Part shown: piece after piece, positions 36,232-46,762 of the stretch
How positions within the stretch are numbered: position 1 is the first letter of the stretch
Layout of the letters: every line of letters begins with the position of its first letter
Virus record (IMG/VR): IMGVR_UViG_3300028364_000013
Direction: 5' to 3' (one strand)
Length of the DNA stretch: 64,000 bases
Source of the DNA: a virus
Taxonomy: Duplodnaviria > Caudoviricetes
Notes under the pieces: generated by a model
Seen by the model: the letters and a program-made list of their open reading frames with translations, nothing else
The model's database searches: none
What the model was told of the DNA's origin: nothing
Position numbers and translations under genes: made by a program

Positions 36232-36265
36232 GATTTGTTTTTATTATAAATAAAAAACAAATTAA

Positions 36266-38182
36266 TTAAACTCTAACTATTACTAAACAAACATCATCAA
36301 CTTGTTCGTTCACCCCCATCCAAGCATCAAAGTTTTTTTCTAAAATTTCCTTTTGAACTTCTACTGGCTGGTCAATGTTTTTTTGTATTTCTTTTTTTAA
36401 GTTTGCTGTTTTATACTTCTTGTTTTTATCTCCACCAAACTGGTCAACATAACCATCACTCATAATATAAATACAATCACCCTCTTCTAATTGAAGTTTA
36501 TGGTTAGTATAGACAGAATCAATGTCTCCAATATAATTTTTATCAGACTTAACTTCTATTAAATCTCCACTTTTCTTAAAAAGATATAAAGAGTTAAATG
36601 CTCCAGAGTATTCTAACTCTTTTGTTTCTAAGTCAAGAGAACAAAGAGCTATGTCCATACCATTCTTTGTATCGTTGTCAGAGAATGCATCATAAACATA
36701 CTTGCTTAAGTGGTCTAAAATTTCAGAAGGTTTTGTCATCCCTTTGACTTTAACAGAATCATTTAGAGAATTGTTTCCAATCATACTCATCATTGCTCCT
36801 GGAACTCCGTGACCAGTACAATCTGCTGCAGTAAATAAAAATTTGTTTTCATTTTTATGGAACCAATAGAAATCTCCAGACACAATATCTTTTGGCTTAA
36901 ACAAAATGCTTGAGTTTTCATAAACATCTTTAATAGTCTCCTTTTTTCCAAAAATAGAATCCTGTATTATTTTAGCATAATTAATGCTATCTGTAATTTC
37001 TACTTGTTGGTGAGTTATTTCTTCTGTAAGTCTAATCTGCTTTTTTCTTGAACGCTGTACTAAAAACAACATCGAAAGGACTATAGCAGCAATAATTGCT
37101 GTTAAGAATATTGCAATGTTTCTTTTCTTAATTTCAGACTCCTTCAAAAGGTTTTCGGTATTAAGAATTTGAATCTCTTTTTCCTTTTCGTTTGTTCTAA
37201 ATTTAGTTTCTGCTTCCAGTATATCCTGGTCATTACCCTGCTTGTTTAAAGAGTCTGAAATAACCTGATACTTTTCAAAGAACTCTAAAGACTTTTTATA
37301 GTCTCCAGTTTTCTTATATAAATCATGAGCGTTATCAAATAAGTTTTGAGATAAAATAATATAATTAGCCTCCTTCTCTTTAGCTAAAGCAAGAGTTAAA
37401 TACTTTTCAGACTTACTGTAATCTTCAGTTAAATTATAGAAGTCTGAAAGCTCCATTTCTATATATGCAATTAACAAGAAGTATTCAATTTCTTTCGCCA
37501 ACTCATACGCTTTGAAAAAGTGTTTCTCAGCATTTTTATAGTCTTTTTTATTTTGATATACGAGACCTATATTATTGAAGATTTGAGCAGAAACTTTTTT
37601 GTTATCAGTTTTGTTCGACTTTTCTAAAGCTAAATAATAATTCTCAAGAGCCAATTCTAATTCTTCAATTTCAAGATACACATTTGCTAAAAATCTTAAC
37701 GAAGAACAAATCAACTCATCATCTCCCATGTTGTTAGAAATATCTAAAGAGTACTTTGCATAGTCAAGAGCTTTTACAAAATCTCCTTTGTGCTGAAATG
37801 TAATAGACAAAGAAATAAATAAATCATGCTTTTCTCTCTCTACATTTACTTCATTCTTAAGCAAATCTTGCGAGCTCATATATAACTCAACAGCTTTATC
37901 ATAAAGACCTAAGTCACTTTGTAGGTCAGCAAATTTATTTATAACACAAACTTCATCTTTTTTGTTACCACTGTTCTGAGCTAATTTAACCCCTAACTCG
38001 AAATATTCATAACCTAAATCAATATCTTTTTTAGAATAGGCAAAGTCTAAAATGCTCTTAACATTCTCAATCTTCTGAGAATAAGTAGTAGAACTATTCA
38101 AATCAGACTTCATTTCTTCTAAACCCTTTGAAAAGGTGATTATAGAAATAAAAACAAGCATTAATGTTAATAGAGTTTTCAT
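36266..38182 (-). CDS. TPR-sensor / SpoIIE (PP2C, RsbU-like) membrane phosphatase
   Basis: Signal peptide, TPRs, TM helix, then PKDIVSGDFY, ADCTGHGVPGA, GMDIA, SDGYVDQFGG, QVDDV. Confidence 0.9.
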   Translation of the reverse strand: MKTLLTLMLVFISIITFSKGLEEMKSDLNSSTTYSQKIENVKSILDFAYSKKDIDLGYEYFELGVKLAQNSGNKKDEVCVINKFADLQSDLGLYDKAVELYMSSQDLLKNEVNVEREKHDLFISLSITFQHKGDFVKALDYAKYSLDISNNMGDDELICSSLRFLANVYLEIEELELALENYYLALEKSNKTDNKKVSAQIFNNIGLVYQNKKDYKNAEKHFFKAYELAKEIEYFLLIAYIEMELSDFYNLTEDYSKSEKYLTLALAKEKEANYIILSQNLFDNAHDLYKKTGDYKKSLEFFEKYQVISDSLNKQGNDQDILEAETKFRTNEKEKEIQILNTENLLKESEIKKRNIAIFLTAIIAAIVLSMLFLVQRSRKKQIRLTEEITHQQVEITDSINYAKIIQDSIFGKKETIKDVYENSSILFKPKDIVSGDFYWFHKNENKFLFTAADCTGHGVPGAMMSMIGNNSLNDSVKVKGMTKPSEILDHLSKYVYDAFSDNDTKNGMDIALCSLDLETKELEYSGAFNSLYLFKKSGDLIEVKSDKNYIGDIDSVYTNHKLQLEEGDCIYIMSDGYVDQFGGDKNKKYKTANLKKEIQKNIDQPVEVQKEILEKNFDAWMGVNEQVDDVCLVIVRV

Positions 38183-38253
38183 ATTATAAATTTATTGGTT
38201 CTATCTTGTTATACGCAATAAATTCAAAAATGTTCTATATAATCATAAATATC

Positions 38254-38850
38254 TTATTGAGCTACAATGAAATTTAATTCAAAATTCTCCTTCTCTACAT
38301 TGAATTTCTCAAGTTCAAATAATCTAAATCCGTTGATGCGGATGTCAGTAGGAAAGAAGCACTTCCAACCTTGACTCATACCTTTATGAATATAATAGAA
38401 GAACGCAATTTCTCTTTTTCCTTCCTCATTCTTATATCTAATTGCAGCAGTATCATTTGTCATGAAAACATGCTCACTAAATTTAAAGCCTGGCTTTTTA
38501 CCAATTGATTCAGTTGCTTTTTCTCTAAAGTTATCAATATCTAAAACATCATCAACTACATTCCATGTTTGACCAGTTATCTTGATTATCTCGAAACATC
38601 TAAATCCAAATATGTGATTATCTGTAGGAAAAAAATATTTCCAGTAATCCTCATCATATTAAAATAGAGCCAGAGCATCTTTTGTGCTTGTTTTATTGAA
38701 CCTTACAAAAGCTGAATGGTCAGACAGAGCATATCTACTTTTTATCGTGAAATCTTCTCCATTCACATTTCCTACTCTATTCTTTTTAGAGAAATTCTCA
38801 GCTACCTTCTGAATTCTCTTATCTAAATCTGTTGCTAATTTTTTCTGCAT
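38254..38850 (-). pseudogene. Single gene with an internal in-frame TAA (38659-38661) and an internal domain duplication
   Basis: The frame continues ALALF*YDEDYWKYFFPTDNHIFGF into the 38254-38463 ORF, which repeats IAFFYY...WKCFFPTDIRINGF. Confidence 0.7.
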
Positions 38851-38851
38851 A

Positions 38852-39823
38852 TTACGTTAGTGGCAATTCTCTTCTTGCTCTTTTTATATTGTTTTTAATC
38901 ATAGGGACTCCAGACTGAACTGCTTCAAAGAAAGTTTCCTTATCTTCCAATACTGGCATAATTACATTATTGTAAATTGCTGCCTCTGCATTGAAAAACC
39001 AATATACACTCATAAGTGGAGATACGAATACATCCGCTTTCTTTTCATCTGGAAACATATGGTAATCACCAAACTCTCCTTCAGCTGCAGGAATTATTCT
39101 TGTTTGAACGTGAGACTTTCTATGTCCTGGTTGATTCCAGACATGTTCACAAGCCTGCTTGTACTGTTGGAAGCAATCCATGAAAGAAACAAGACTACAG
39201 CTTCCATAGAAACCTCCTTGCTTTGTTATCTGTGCCATATTCTCAAGAGCAAGATAATGACTTAACTTTTCTTCAGTCTCAGTTCCAAACCCAACACAAG
39301 ATAAAATCTTTGTTGGTACGTCAGCATTCTTAACAGCAGCTAACGTTAATGTATCTTCTAACATTGTTCCACTTCCATCTTCATTCCCTTTCATTATAGA
39401 ACTCATACCCGCTTCAACAAGAAGTATAGCATCTATCTCAAGATGCTTTATAAGCATATTAAGTGAATTAGAATATTCTTTCACACTCTGGTCTCTCTTA
39501 AACATCCATATTGGAACGTCTTGATTTCTTGCATCTCTAAACCAACTTGAAAGATATGCTTCTGGTAAATTTTCAGAAGGAGTTTTTAAATTCCCACTAA
39601 CTCCTACACAACCAAGTGCTATAGGAATTGTTTCAACATGTTGATTTATTTCCACCCAATTGGATTGGGTATAATTTGCCAAATGTAATCCCATTTTCAT
39701 TTTTTCAAGAGTAAAATAGATTGGAAGACTTGAAAACACATCAACTCCTCCTCCAGCTCCAAGTATTAATATATTTTTAGACTTTTGTAACTGCATCACT
39801 ACAGGAATAGGTAAATTCAACAT
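38852..39823 (-). CDS. DUF1152 family protein
   Basis: GAGGGVDVFS, GFGTE, HVQTRI, VSPLMSVYWFF. Confidence 0.75.
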   Translation of the reverse strand: MLNLPIPVVMQLQKSKNILILGAGGGVDVFSSLPIYFTLEKMKMGLHLANYTQSNWVEINQHVETIPIALGCVGVSGNLKTPSENLPEAYLSSWFRDARNQDVPIWMFKRDQSVKEYSNSLNMLIKHLEIDAILLVEAGMSSIMKGNEDGSGTMLEDTLTLAAVKNADVPTKILSCVGFGTETEEKLSHYLALENMAQITKQGGFYGSCSLVSFMDCFQQYKQACEHVWNQPGHRKSHVQTRIIPAAEGEFGDYHMFPDEKKADVFVSPLMSVYWFFNAEAAIYNNVIMPVLEDKETFFEAVQSGVPMIKNNIKRARRELPLT

Positions 39824-39907
39824 AATAATTTATTTTATACAAAAATATTGATTTAATATCAATTTTCAAAATTTTAACATATTTATATATGTATTAAAAT
39901 ATGTATT

Positions 39908-40138
39908 ATGAAAAAAAGAAAACTAATATCTATAACTCTTGATGAGTCTACTATTAATATTTTAGAAATTTTATCAAAAAAAGAAAATATTAATAAGTCA
40001 AGATTTATAGAAAATCTGATTTTAAATAAAACGTCTTCTGATGAAAATTACATTTACGCTTCAAATTCTGCGGGGCCAATAGCAATTCCAATATCAGAAA
40101 TTATTAGCAAAGTAAAAAAGGCAATGAAAGATGAATAA
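39908..40138 (+). CDS. RHH/CopG-like protein
   Basis: KLISITLDESTINILEILSKKENINKSRFIENLI; TATTTATA at 39880-39887. Confidence 0.7.
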   Translation: MKKRKLISITLDESTINILEILSKKENINKSRFIENLILNKTSSDENYIYASNSAGPIAIPISEIISKVKKAMKDE

Positions 40139-41255
40139 TTTTAAAAAAACAATAAAAGAAAAGATAGATTCTGGAAATCACCGATTTTTAACTAAAGAGA
40201 TTCAAAGAGATAATGAATTTTTAAAATTTATAAATTTAGAAACAAAGTTTTTAGATGAAAAATTATCTTATACTCCAACAATACAACAAAGAGTATGGCA
40301 TGTATATAATAATTCAACAAATATAAACACTTGTAGAGAGTGTGAAGGTGAAGTTAATTTTATAAAACTGTCAAGAGGATATTCATTAACATGTTCAATA
40401 ATTTGTAAAAATGGTCCAAAAACTCAAGAAAATATTAAAAATTCATTAATTGAAAAATATGGATTTGAAAATGTTGGGCAAATTCCAAAAGTGAAAGAGA
40501 AGATAAAAAACACATTAAACGAAAAATATGGAGTTAATAATGTTATGGATATTAATGATGTTAAAATTTCTCATAAAAAATCAATAAACAAATCAATATC
40601 AGAACGTGGAGAATCAATAATAAATAAGAGAATAGAAACAGTTATGTCTGAATTTGGAGTTGATAATATTTCAAAACTAAAATTAATTAAAAATAAAAAA
40701 TCAGATACTTGTTTTAAAAATTTTGGTGTTAATAATCCTATGCAAAATATAGATATTAAAAATAAGGTAAAATTAACTAATCAAGATAGATATGGAGGTA
40801 ATTCTCCAATGTGTAGCGATTTTGTTAAGAACAAATCAATTAAAACAAGTTTAGAAAAATATGGAGTTCCATATCCAATGCAAAATGAGCATGTTTTCAT
40901 GAATAATCAAAAAAGTAGATTCAAGAAAAAAGAGTACATATTTCCCTCTGGAAGAATTGAATTAATTCAAGGATATGAAAATAAATCTTTAGATTTATTG
41001 ATTTGCGAATATGAAGAAGAAGATATTGTTGTTAATGATTTAAAAATTATGAATTTAATAGGAGAAATATGGTATACAGATTCACTTGGAATTAATCGAA
41101 GATATTTTCCAGATATATACATCATATCTGAAAATAAAATAATAGAAGTTAAAAGCAGTTGGACTTACAAGATAGATGAAGAAATAAATAAACTAAAAAT
41201 GCAAGCAGTAATTGATGCCTGCATTAATTTTGAATTTAATATATTTGAGTCCTAA
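40131..41255 (+). CDS. HEG-like endonuclease with (E/D)KYGVxN repeats and C-terminal PD-(D/E)XK domain
   Basis: Repeats EKYGFENVGQ, EKYGVNNVM, EKYGVPYPMQ; RRYFPDIY...IIEVKS. Confidence 0.75.
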   Translation: MNNFKKTIKEKIDSGNHRFLTKEIQRDNEFLKFINLETKFLDEKLSYTPTIQQRVWHVYNNSTNINTCRECEGEVNFIKLSRGYSLTCSIICKNGPKTQENIKNSLIEKYGFENVGQIPKVKEKIKNTLNEKYGVNNVMDINDVKISHKKSINKSISERGESIINKRIETVMSEFGVDNISKLKLIKNKKSDTCFKNFGVNNPMQNIDIKNKVKLTNQDRYGGNSPMCSDFVKNKSIKTSLEKYGVPYPMQNEHVFMNNQKSRFKKKEYIFPSGRIELIQGYENKSLDLLICEYEEEDIVVNDLKIMNLIGEIWYTDSLGINRRYFPDIYIISENKIIEVKSSWTYKIDEEINKLKMQAVIDACINFEFNIFES

Positions 41256-41282
41256 TGTTTATTTAGGTATCTGATTTTAAAT

Positions 41283-41675
41283 TTATAGACTAGCCTCATA
41301 ATTGATGTAATCTGAATTATTTTCAATTATTATAAGCTCAAATTGCAATCCATCAAATTCATTAATTAAATCATTTTCTAATTTAATAAATGCATCATTT
41401 AAAATTAAATACGAATCTTTATCATAACCCTCTGGAAGTGGTATTTTTACATATCCAGACAAAATTGTTTCAGACTCTGTAATTCTACAACAAGGAATTG
41501 TTATGTATTTTATTGGAAATACCTCTTTAATAAAAAATTCTATTTCATCAATATTATATCCATTTGAATTTTTAATACTAATACCAAAATTACCTTCAAA
41601 CATTGGCGAATATGCATTCACATTATTTTTACAGTAAACTATATTTTTAAATTCTTCTAAAGTTAATTGTTTCAT
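41283..41675 (-). CDS. Hypothetical protein
   Basis: 130 aa. Confidence 0.55.
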   Translation of the reverse strand: MKQLTLEEFKNIVYCKNNVNAYSPMFEGNFGISIKNSNGYNIDEIEFFIKEVFPIKYITIPCCRITESETILSGYVKIPLPEGYDKDSYLILNDAFIKLENDLINEFDGLQFELIIIENNSDYINYEASL

Positions 41676-41701
41676 ACATTTTAATTTAAATTCATGATTT
41701 T

Positions 41702-43189
41702 TTAATAAAATTCTTTTGATTCTATCATTTCAATTTTATATCCAAGAGTATCTTCTATTTTTTTTGATATAAACTTACTTCCTTCATTAAATTCAGGTGC
41801 TACTATACAACCTTCTTTTTCATCTAAAGCTATTAAATAAGTTAATAGCTGACTCACATCGTGTGGTGTACATCTTTGGTTTTTTAATTCCCAAGGACTC
41901 CCATCAACAAGGAAATCGACTTTTACACCTAATTTTTCTATAACAAACTCCTTTTCGATTTTCTTATTTCTATACAAAGATGTTGGAGAAGTCAATCTCT
42001 TTTCAACTACGTCTTGCAAAGTTTTTTCATTAACAAGATTTGATATATTTTTTTTCAAATAATCATTTCTCATTAAATTACTTTTGTATGGGTTTTTATA
42101 CTTATCTTCTTTTGAACTAATTACATCCCTACTACCATCTCCATTAGTTAAAAATAATATTATTTGTTTAATAATTTCACTAAAATCATCATTCTTTATA
42201 ATATCATTTTTTGTAGAAGTAGTTTTAAACCCTTCAAGCAAAACTAATTCACCCCTAATTTGATTATACCATGATTCACGGGTTCCATATAACCCAATTT
42301 CATCCAATTGATGGAATTTAATAATCCTATCATTCATTATTAAATCCAGGCCCGCTGACCTACTTGAAAATGCATAAACTTCATTAACAGTGTTTCCTCC
42401 TGACTTTATTTCATAATCTGATTTAATTAAACCTATCCTTTGGAATTCATCCTCTGTTTTTGGAGAATATCCAAAAACAAGTTCTACAATAGATTTATTA
42501 ACTCGAAATTTATGACGAACCAAAGGTTCGTTTATACCACCTCTCCATGGATTACAATAAAAAGGTCTAACTGATTCTGTATTTATTGAATTTATTATTT
42601 CTCCATCTAATATTGTATTTATTTTAATATTTAAACAATTCTTGTCAATCCATCTCCTATATCTTGACCCAAGTTGTTTAGATAATCTCTTCGTTTTTGC
42701 AAGGTGATTCCTTTTTGATATGTCTACAAAGTTATTATTTTCAACATTAATACAAATTTCAGTTCCACTATTAAATGTTTTATTTTCTAAATTATATACT
42801 GATAAATTAAAGCTGAAATCACAAATTCTAAATCCATTTTCACTTAAATGTTTGCTATCAAAATATTCCAACTCACCAAGGGTTGATATAGATTGTTTGA
42901 ATCCTAATCCATGTTCATTTAAACTGGATTTGGTTTGCTTTCCAGCTGGATTAAAACAAATTGGAATACTACTATATTTTATACCAGAAGCATCATCTTT
43001 AATGATAAGTTTATCACATTTTTCTGTATTATTATTAATAAAAAATAAAATTTCAACATTTACCCTATCATTTAATCTTGCTGCAATTGAATTATCTATA
43101 AGCTCTGAAAGGGCTTCATCAAATGAATATGTATTATTTCCAAGTTCTTGAAATATATTATCTGATGGAATTATTTGTATAGTTTCCAT
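41702..43189 (-). CDS. MORC-like GHKL ATPase with C-terminal PD-(D/E)XK nuclease
   Basis: ELIDNS, IKDDASGI, HGLGFK, GTEI; C-terminus VDFLV..ELK...QLLTY. Confidence 0.75.
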   Translation of the reverse strand: METIQIIPSDNIFQELGNNTYSFDEALSELIDNSIAARLNDRVNVEILFFINNNTEKCDKLIIKDDASGIKYSSIPICFNPAGKQTKSSLNEHGLGFKQSISTLGELEYFDSKHLSENGFRICDFSFNLSVYNLENKTFNSGTEICINVENNNFVDISKRNHLAKTKRLSKQLGSRYRRWIDKNCLNIKINTILDGEIINSINTESVRPFYCNPWRGGINEPLVRHKFRVNKSIVELVFGYSPKTEDEFQRIGLIKSDYEIKSGGNTVNEVYAFSSRSAGLDLIMNDRIIKFHQLDEIGLYGTRESWYNQIRGELVLLEGFKTTSTKNDIIKNDDFSEIIKQIILFLTNGDGSRDVISSKEDKYKNPYKSNLMRNDYLKKNISNLVNEKTLQDVVEKRLTSPTSLYRNKKIEKEFVIEKLGVKVDFLVDGSPWELKNQRCTPHDVSQLLTYLIALDEKEGCIVAPEFNEGSKFISKKIEDTLGYKIEMIESKEFY

Positions 43190-43197
43190 ATAATAAT

Positions 43198-43815
43198 TTA
43201 AGATTTTAACATTATTTTTCTATCCTTCAATTCGAAGAAAGACCTTGCACAAGCTTTAACATCCGCAAGAGCATCGTGAGCTCCATCAAACCCTTCATCA
43301 AACAATTTGTTGTGAAGTTCATCAAGAGAAGGCCATTTATATGTCCCGTATCTAAAAGGTTTCATTTTGCAATAATTTGTTGACTCTTGCATTGTACACA
43401 TTTTTCTTGGCTCTTCCTTAAACTTAAGGTTTGTTCTAACCATCTCACATCCAATAATCATTTCATCAAATTTCATGTTGTGAGCAATCAGATAATCGCT
43501 ATTATCAACTTCTTTTACAAAATCCTTAATAAGCTTTTTTAACTCAACCCCTTCTTTCTCACATCTCTCAGTTGACATATTATTTTCAACAAAGAAATTA
43601 GGATTCTTGTTACCTTCTTTTGTAAGCTCTTCTACAGTAGGAATGGTCCAACCGTCTGGTTTAATTAGCTCGCATCGTTCGCTAATCATTTTACCTTTCT
43701 TATCGTATACCTGCCAAGCAAGTTGCGTTATTCTTGGCCAATTGTCTGTGTCTGTAACTGGAGCCTTCCAGTTTTTCGGGAGACCTGTTGTCTCTGTGTC
43801 AAAAAAAATGTACAT
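43198..43815 (-). CDS. DNA polymerase III epsilon-like DEDDh exonuclease
   Basis: FFDTETTGLP, IAHNMKFD, AHDALADV. Confidence 0.9.
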   Translation of the reverse strand: MYIFFDTETTGLPKNWKAPVTDTDNWPRITQLAWQVYDKKGKMISERCELIKPDGWTIPTVEELTKEGNKNPNFFVENNMSTERCEKEGVELKKLIKDFVKEVDNSDYLIAHNMKFDEMIIGCEMVRTNLKFKEEPRKMCTMQESTNYCKMKPFRYGTYKWPSLDELHNKLFDEGFDGAHDALADVKACARSFFELKDRKIMLKS

Positions 43816-43817
43816 AA

Positions 43818-44450
43818 TTATTGTTTTAGTTGTTCTCTTATTTTTATCGCTTCTTCGTAGTCTTCATTCACAAGCGCTTTCTCAAGCAGCTCATTAAGAT
43901 TTATCACTTCACTAACCACTGTTGGTTGTGAAAAACCTTTTCTTATTTCCAGATAATTTACGACCTCTTCAATCATTTCATTATCAAATCCAGTTAAGTC
44001 ATGCTGAACTAAATAGTCTGCATTCTTTTTTACCCATGAATTGAATTGTTCAGTTGACTCTGATTTTTCATCAGAATCTTTATCTTTAGATTTCTGCCAC
44101 CATTCTTTTTCAGATATATTATATCTATTTGGCTTGCTTTCTTTTTGATATATTTCTGAATAATAACCTGTTTTAGAATAAACACTTTCTAAGAAAGAAT
44201 GAATAAACTTAAAACCTCCATTTCCACCATACTTATCTACAACCTTGAATTCTGGGAAAAATGTTGCATTATAATTATCAAGCAAGAATTTCATTTCGTA
44301 TTCTTGCTCGTCTACGGTCATGACTATTTCTATTAAATCTTTTTTGTTATAATGACTCTTTTTGATACCAAGTATTCTGAATGAGACCTTTTTTCTATTT
44401 TCAGCCTCTTTAAACTTTCTTCTTTGTCCATGTTTTTGTATATTTGTCAT
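43818..44450 (-). CDS. Hypothetical protein with C-terminal UVR (UvrB/C) motif
   Basis: LEKALVNEDYEEAIKIREQL. Confidence 0.65.
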   Translation of the reverse strand: MTNIQKHGQRRKFKEAENRKKVSFRILGIKKSHYNKKDLIEIVMTVDEQEYEMKFLLDNYNATFFPEFKVVDKYGGNGGFKFIHSFLESVYSKTGYYSEIYQKESKPNRYNISEKEWWQKSKDKDSDEKSESTEQFNSWVKKNADYLVQHDLTGFDNEMIEEVVNYLEIRKGFSQPTVVSEVINLNELLEKALVNEDYEEAIKIREQLKQ

Positions 44451-44535
44451 ATCTCTTAATGCAAATGTAAAAAAAATTTATGGATTAGACAACATTTTAT
44501 TTTAAATTACGTATAAAAACTGCTAACACATATAT

Positions 44536-45114
44536 ATGAATCAGAATAACAACACACAACAAAGCGCTACACCAAACTTGGATAAATATGCCAGGAACTT
44601 AGTGAGAATGGCAAAAAATGGAAAACTTGACCCTATTATAGGTCGTGATGATGAGATTAGACGGATACTTCAAATACTTTCTCGAAGAACAAAGAACAAC
44701 CCTATTATTACAGGTGAATCTGGAGTAGGTAAGACAGCGGTTGTTGAAGGTATTGCTCATAGAATTGTCAGAGGCGACATTCCAGAGAACTTAAAGGACA
44801 TCATTATATATTAACTTGACCTTGGAGCTGTAATGGCTGGAGCAATGCACAAAGGAGAGTTTGAGCAAAGACTTAAAGGTGTAATCACAGAAGTTTCAAA
44901 TTCAAATGGAAGGTTCGTACTTTTCATTGATGAAATCCACACAATGGTTTCAGCTGGAGCTGGAGGCGGTGCTGTTGGAGCAGCTGACCTTGTTAAGCCA
45001 GCCCTTGCAAGAGGAGAGATGAGAACGATTGGAGCAACAACTCTTAATGAGTATCAGAAGTATATTGAGAACGATAAAGCTCTTGAGAGACGTTTTCCAA
45101 GAGTAATTTACTGA
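44536..45114 (+). pseudogene. clpB: ClpB/ClpC AAA1 fragment with internal TAA, truncated
   Basis: [54 protein letters not shown] then stop. Confidence 0.85.
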
Positions 45115-45251
45115 GACACACAGAAGAACATAATTACTCTCCTGACATCAACAAGAAATCCATCACTATCTGGAAGGTTTAGGTTAAACATATCCTCTGG
45201 TACTGGGAATCTGTTTCTTTGTCCTGTATCGAAAAAATTACTGGTCTCCAT
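45108..45251 (-). CDS. Small ORF, 47 aa, possibly truncated
   Basis: [22 protein letters not shown]...; TAATG coupling to 45251-45778. Confidence 0.35.
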   Translation of the reverse strand: METSNFFDTGQRNRFPVPEDMFNLNLPDSDGFLVDVRRVIMFFCVSQ

Positions 45252-45778
45252 TATTTCAATTTATAACCTTCGTACACCAAGAAAGAGTATTCAGTGTCGT
45301 CAACAAAAAGACCTTCGAATTCGTTTAGAAAATCCATATTTTCTTCACTTGCTTCAAAATTGTTTCCTTTTAAAAACTCTTCTGCTTCTTCTTCGTCACA
45401 ACCATAACCTGACACAAGACACAATAAATCATACTCTAAATCACTTATGTTTCCACTACTATGATTTCCACCATAGTCTTCAGTGCTTAATTGTAAACCC
45501 CAACTACCTTTGCAGACTTTTAATTTATCTAACGCAGCAGTAACAAGTGGTAAAAATGGATTCTTGGCTTTGATTGTTTCTACGTGTTTGGTGTTACCAT
45601 CAGCATCGCCAATCATGTAATAAACAGTAAATCTATAACTCCTCTTTACTACTTTTTTCTTTGGCACTTTAATAAGACCTAACGCTTTTTTATCGTCTTC
45701 CGTTAGCTTGGCCATCGCAGAATCAATAGCTGCTTGTTTTTCTTTTGTTGTCATAACTTTTTCTTTTTTATTCCCCAT
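45251..45778 (-). CDS. Hypothetical protein
   Basis: 175 aa. Confidence 0.65.
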   Translation of the reverse strand: MGNKKEKVMTTKEKQAAIDSAMAKLTEDDKKALGLIKVPKKKVVKRSYRFTVYYMIGDADGNTKHVETIKAKNPFLPLVTAALDKLKVCKGSWGLQLSTEDYGGNHSSGNISDLEYDLLCLVSGYGCDEEEAEEFLKGNNFEASEENMDFLNEFEGLFVDDTEYSFLVYEGYKLK

Positions 45779-45832
45779 TTATTATCATAAGGCGAAGTTA
45801 CAAAATTTTCTTCTATTTATAATAAAAAATAC

Positions 45833-46762
45833 ATGAAAAAATTAACAAAAAAAGAATTTATATCCAGAAGCAATGAAATACACAACAAATTTTATGACTA
45901 CCCTCTTATTGAATATAAAAACCAAAATACAAAAGTGATAATTATTTGCCCAGAACATGGAGAATTTGAACAGCGTCCAGACCATCACTTAGCAGGAAGG
46001 GGTTGTAAATTTTGCGCACAAAGCAATAAAAAAAATGATGATACCAGAAAACAACATGCTTCTAATTTTATAAAAAGAGCCACCAAAAAGTGGAATGGTA
46101 AATATGACTATTCCAAAATTGATTATACAACAGCAAGAAATAAAATAATAATTATTTGTCCAGAACATGGAGAACTCCTTCAATCTCCAGACACACACCT
46201 TAAACATGAATGCTTAAAGTGTTCTATAAAAAATCACCCAAACCATCAGAAAAGAACTACTGAAGAATTTATTATCAAAGCCAAAAATATTCATGGAGAT
46301 AGATATGATTATTCCAAAGTAGACTATAAAGGAAATAGAGATAAAGTAGAAATAATTTGCAAAGAGCATGGTTCATGGTGGCAGACTCCTTATAACCATT
46401 TACAAAATAGAGGCTGTAGATGTTGCACCAATAGGTCTAAAGGTGAAATAAAAGTAGAATCACTCCTGAAAGAAAGTGGTATAAATTTTATTAGAGAGAA
46501 AACTTTTGATGATTGTAGAAATCCAAAATCTGGAGCCAAGTTAAAATTCGACTTCTACATTCCAGAAAAAAACTTATGCATTGAATATGATGGTCGCCAA
46601 CATTTTGTCCCAGTTGAAATATGGGGTGGAGAATTAGCTTTAAAAGAAACTAAAAAACGTGATAAAATAAAAAATGGATATTGTCGCAAAAACAATATCC
46701 ATCTCATAAGAATATTCTACAAAGATAATATATCAAAGAAATTATTTTCCCTGTTCTCTTAG
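45833..46762 (+). CDS. Free-standing HEG, paralog of 2112-3092
   Basis: CPEHGEF repeats; KFDFYIPEKNLCIEYDGRQH; TATTTATA at 45814-45821. Confidence 0.82.
   Translation: MKKLTKKEFISRSNEIHNKFYDYPLIEYKNQNTKVIIICPEHGEFEQRPDHHLAGRGCKFCAQSNKKNDDTRKQHASNFIKRATKKWNGKYDYSKIDYTTARNKIIIICPEHGELLQSPDTHLKHECLKCSIKNHPNHQKRTTEEFIIKAKNIHGDRYDYSKVDYKGNRDKVEIICKEHGSWWQTPYNHLQNRGCRCCTNRSKGEIKVESLLKESGINFIREKTFDDCRNPKSGAKLKFDFYIPEKNLCIEYDGRQHFVPVEIWGGELALKETKKRDKIKNGYCRKNNIHLIRIFYKDNISKKLFSLFS

Noticed and set aside
38659-44814. TAA stop-codon recoding suggested by two in-frame TAAs
   Set aside because: TAA ends most genes at homologous positions and long ORFs are intact in the standard code; point mutation or sequencing error is simpler.
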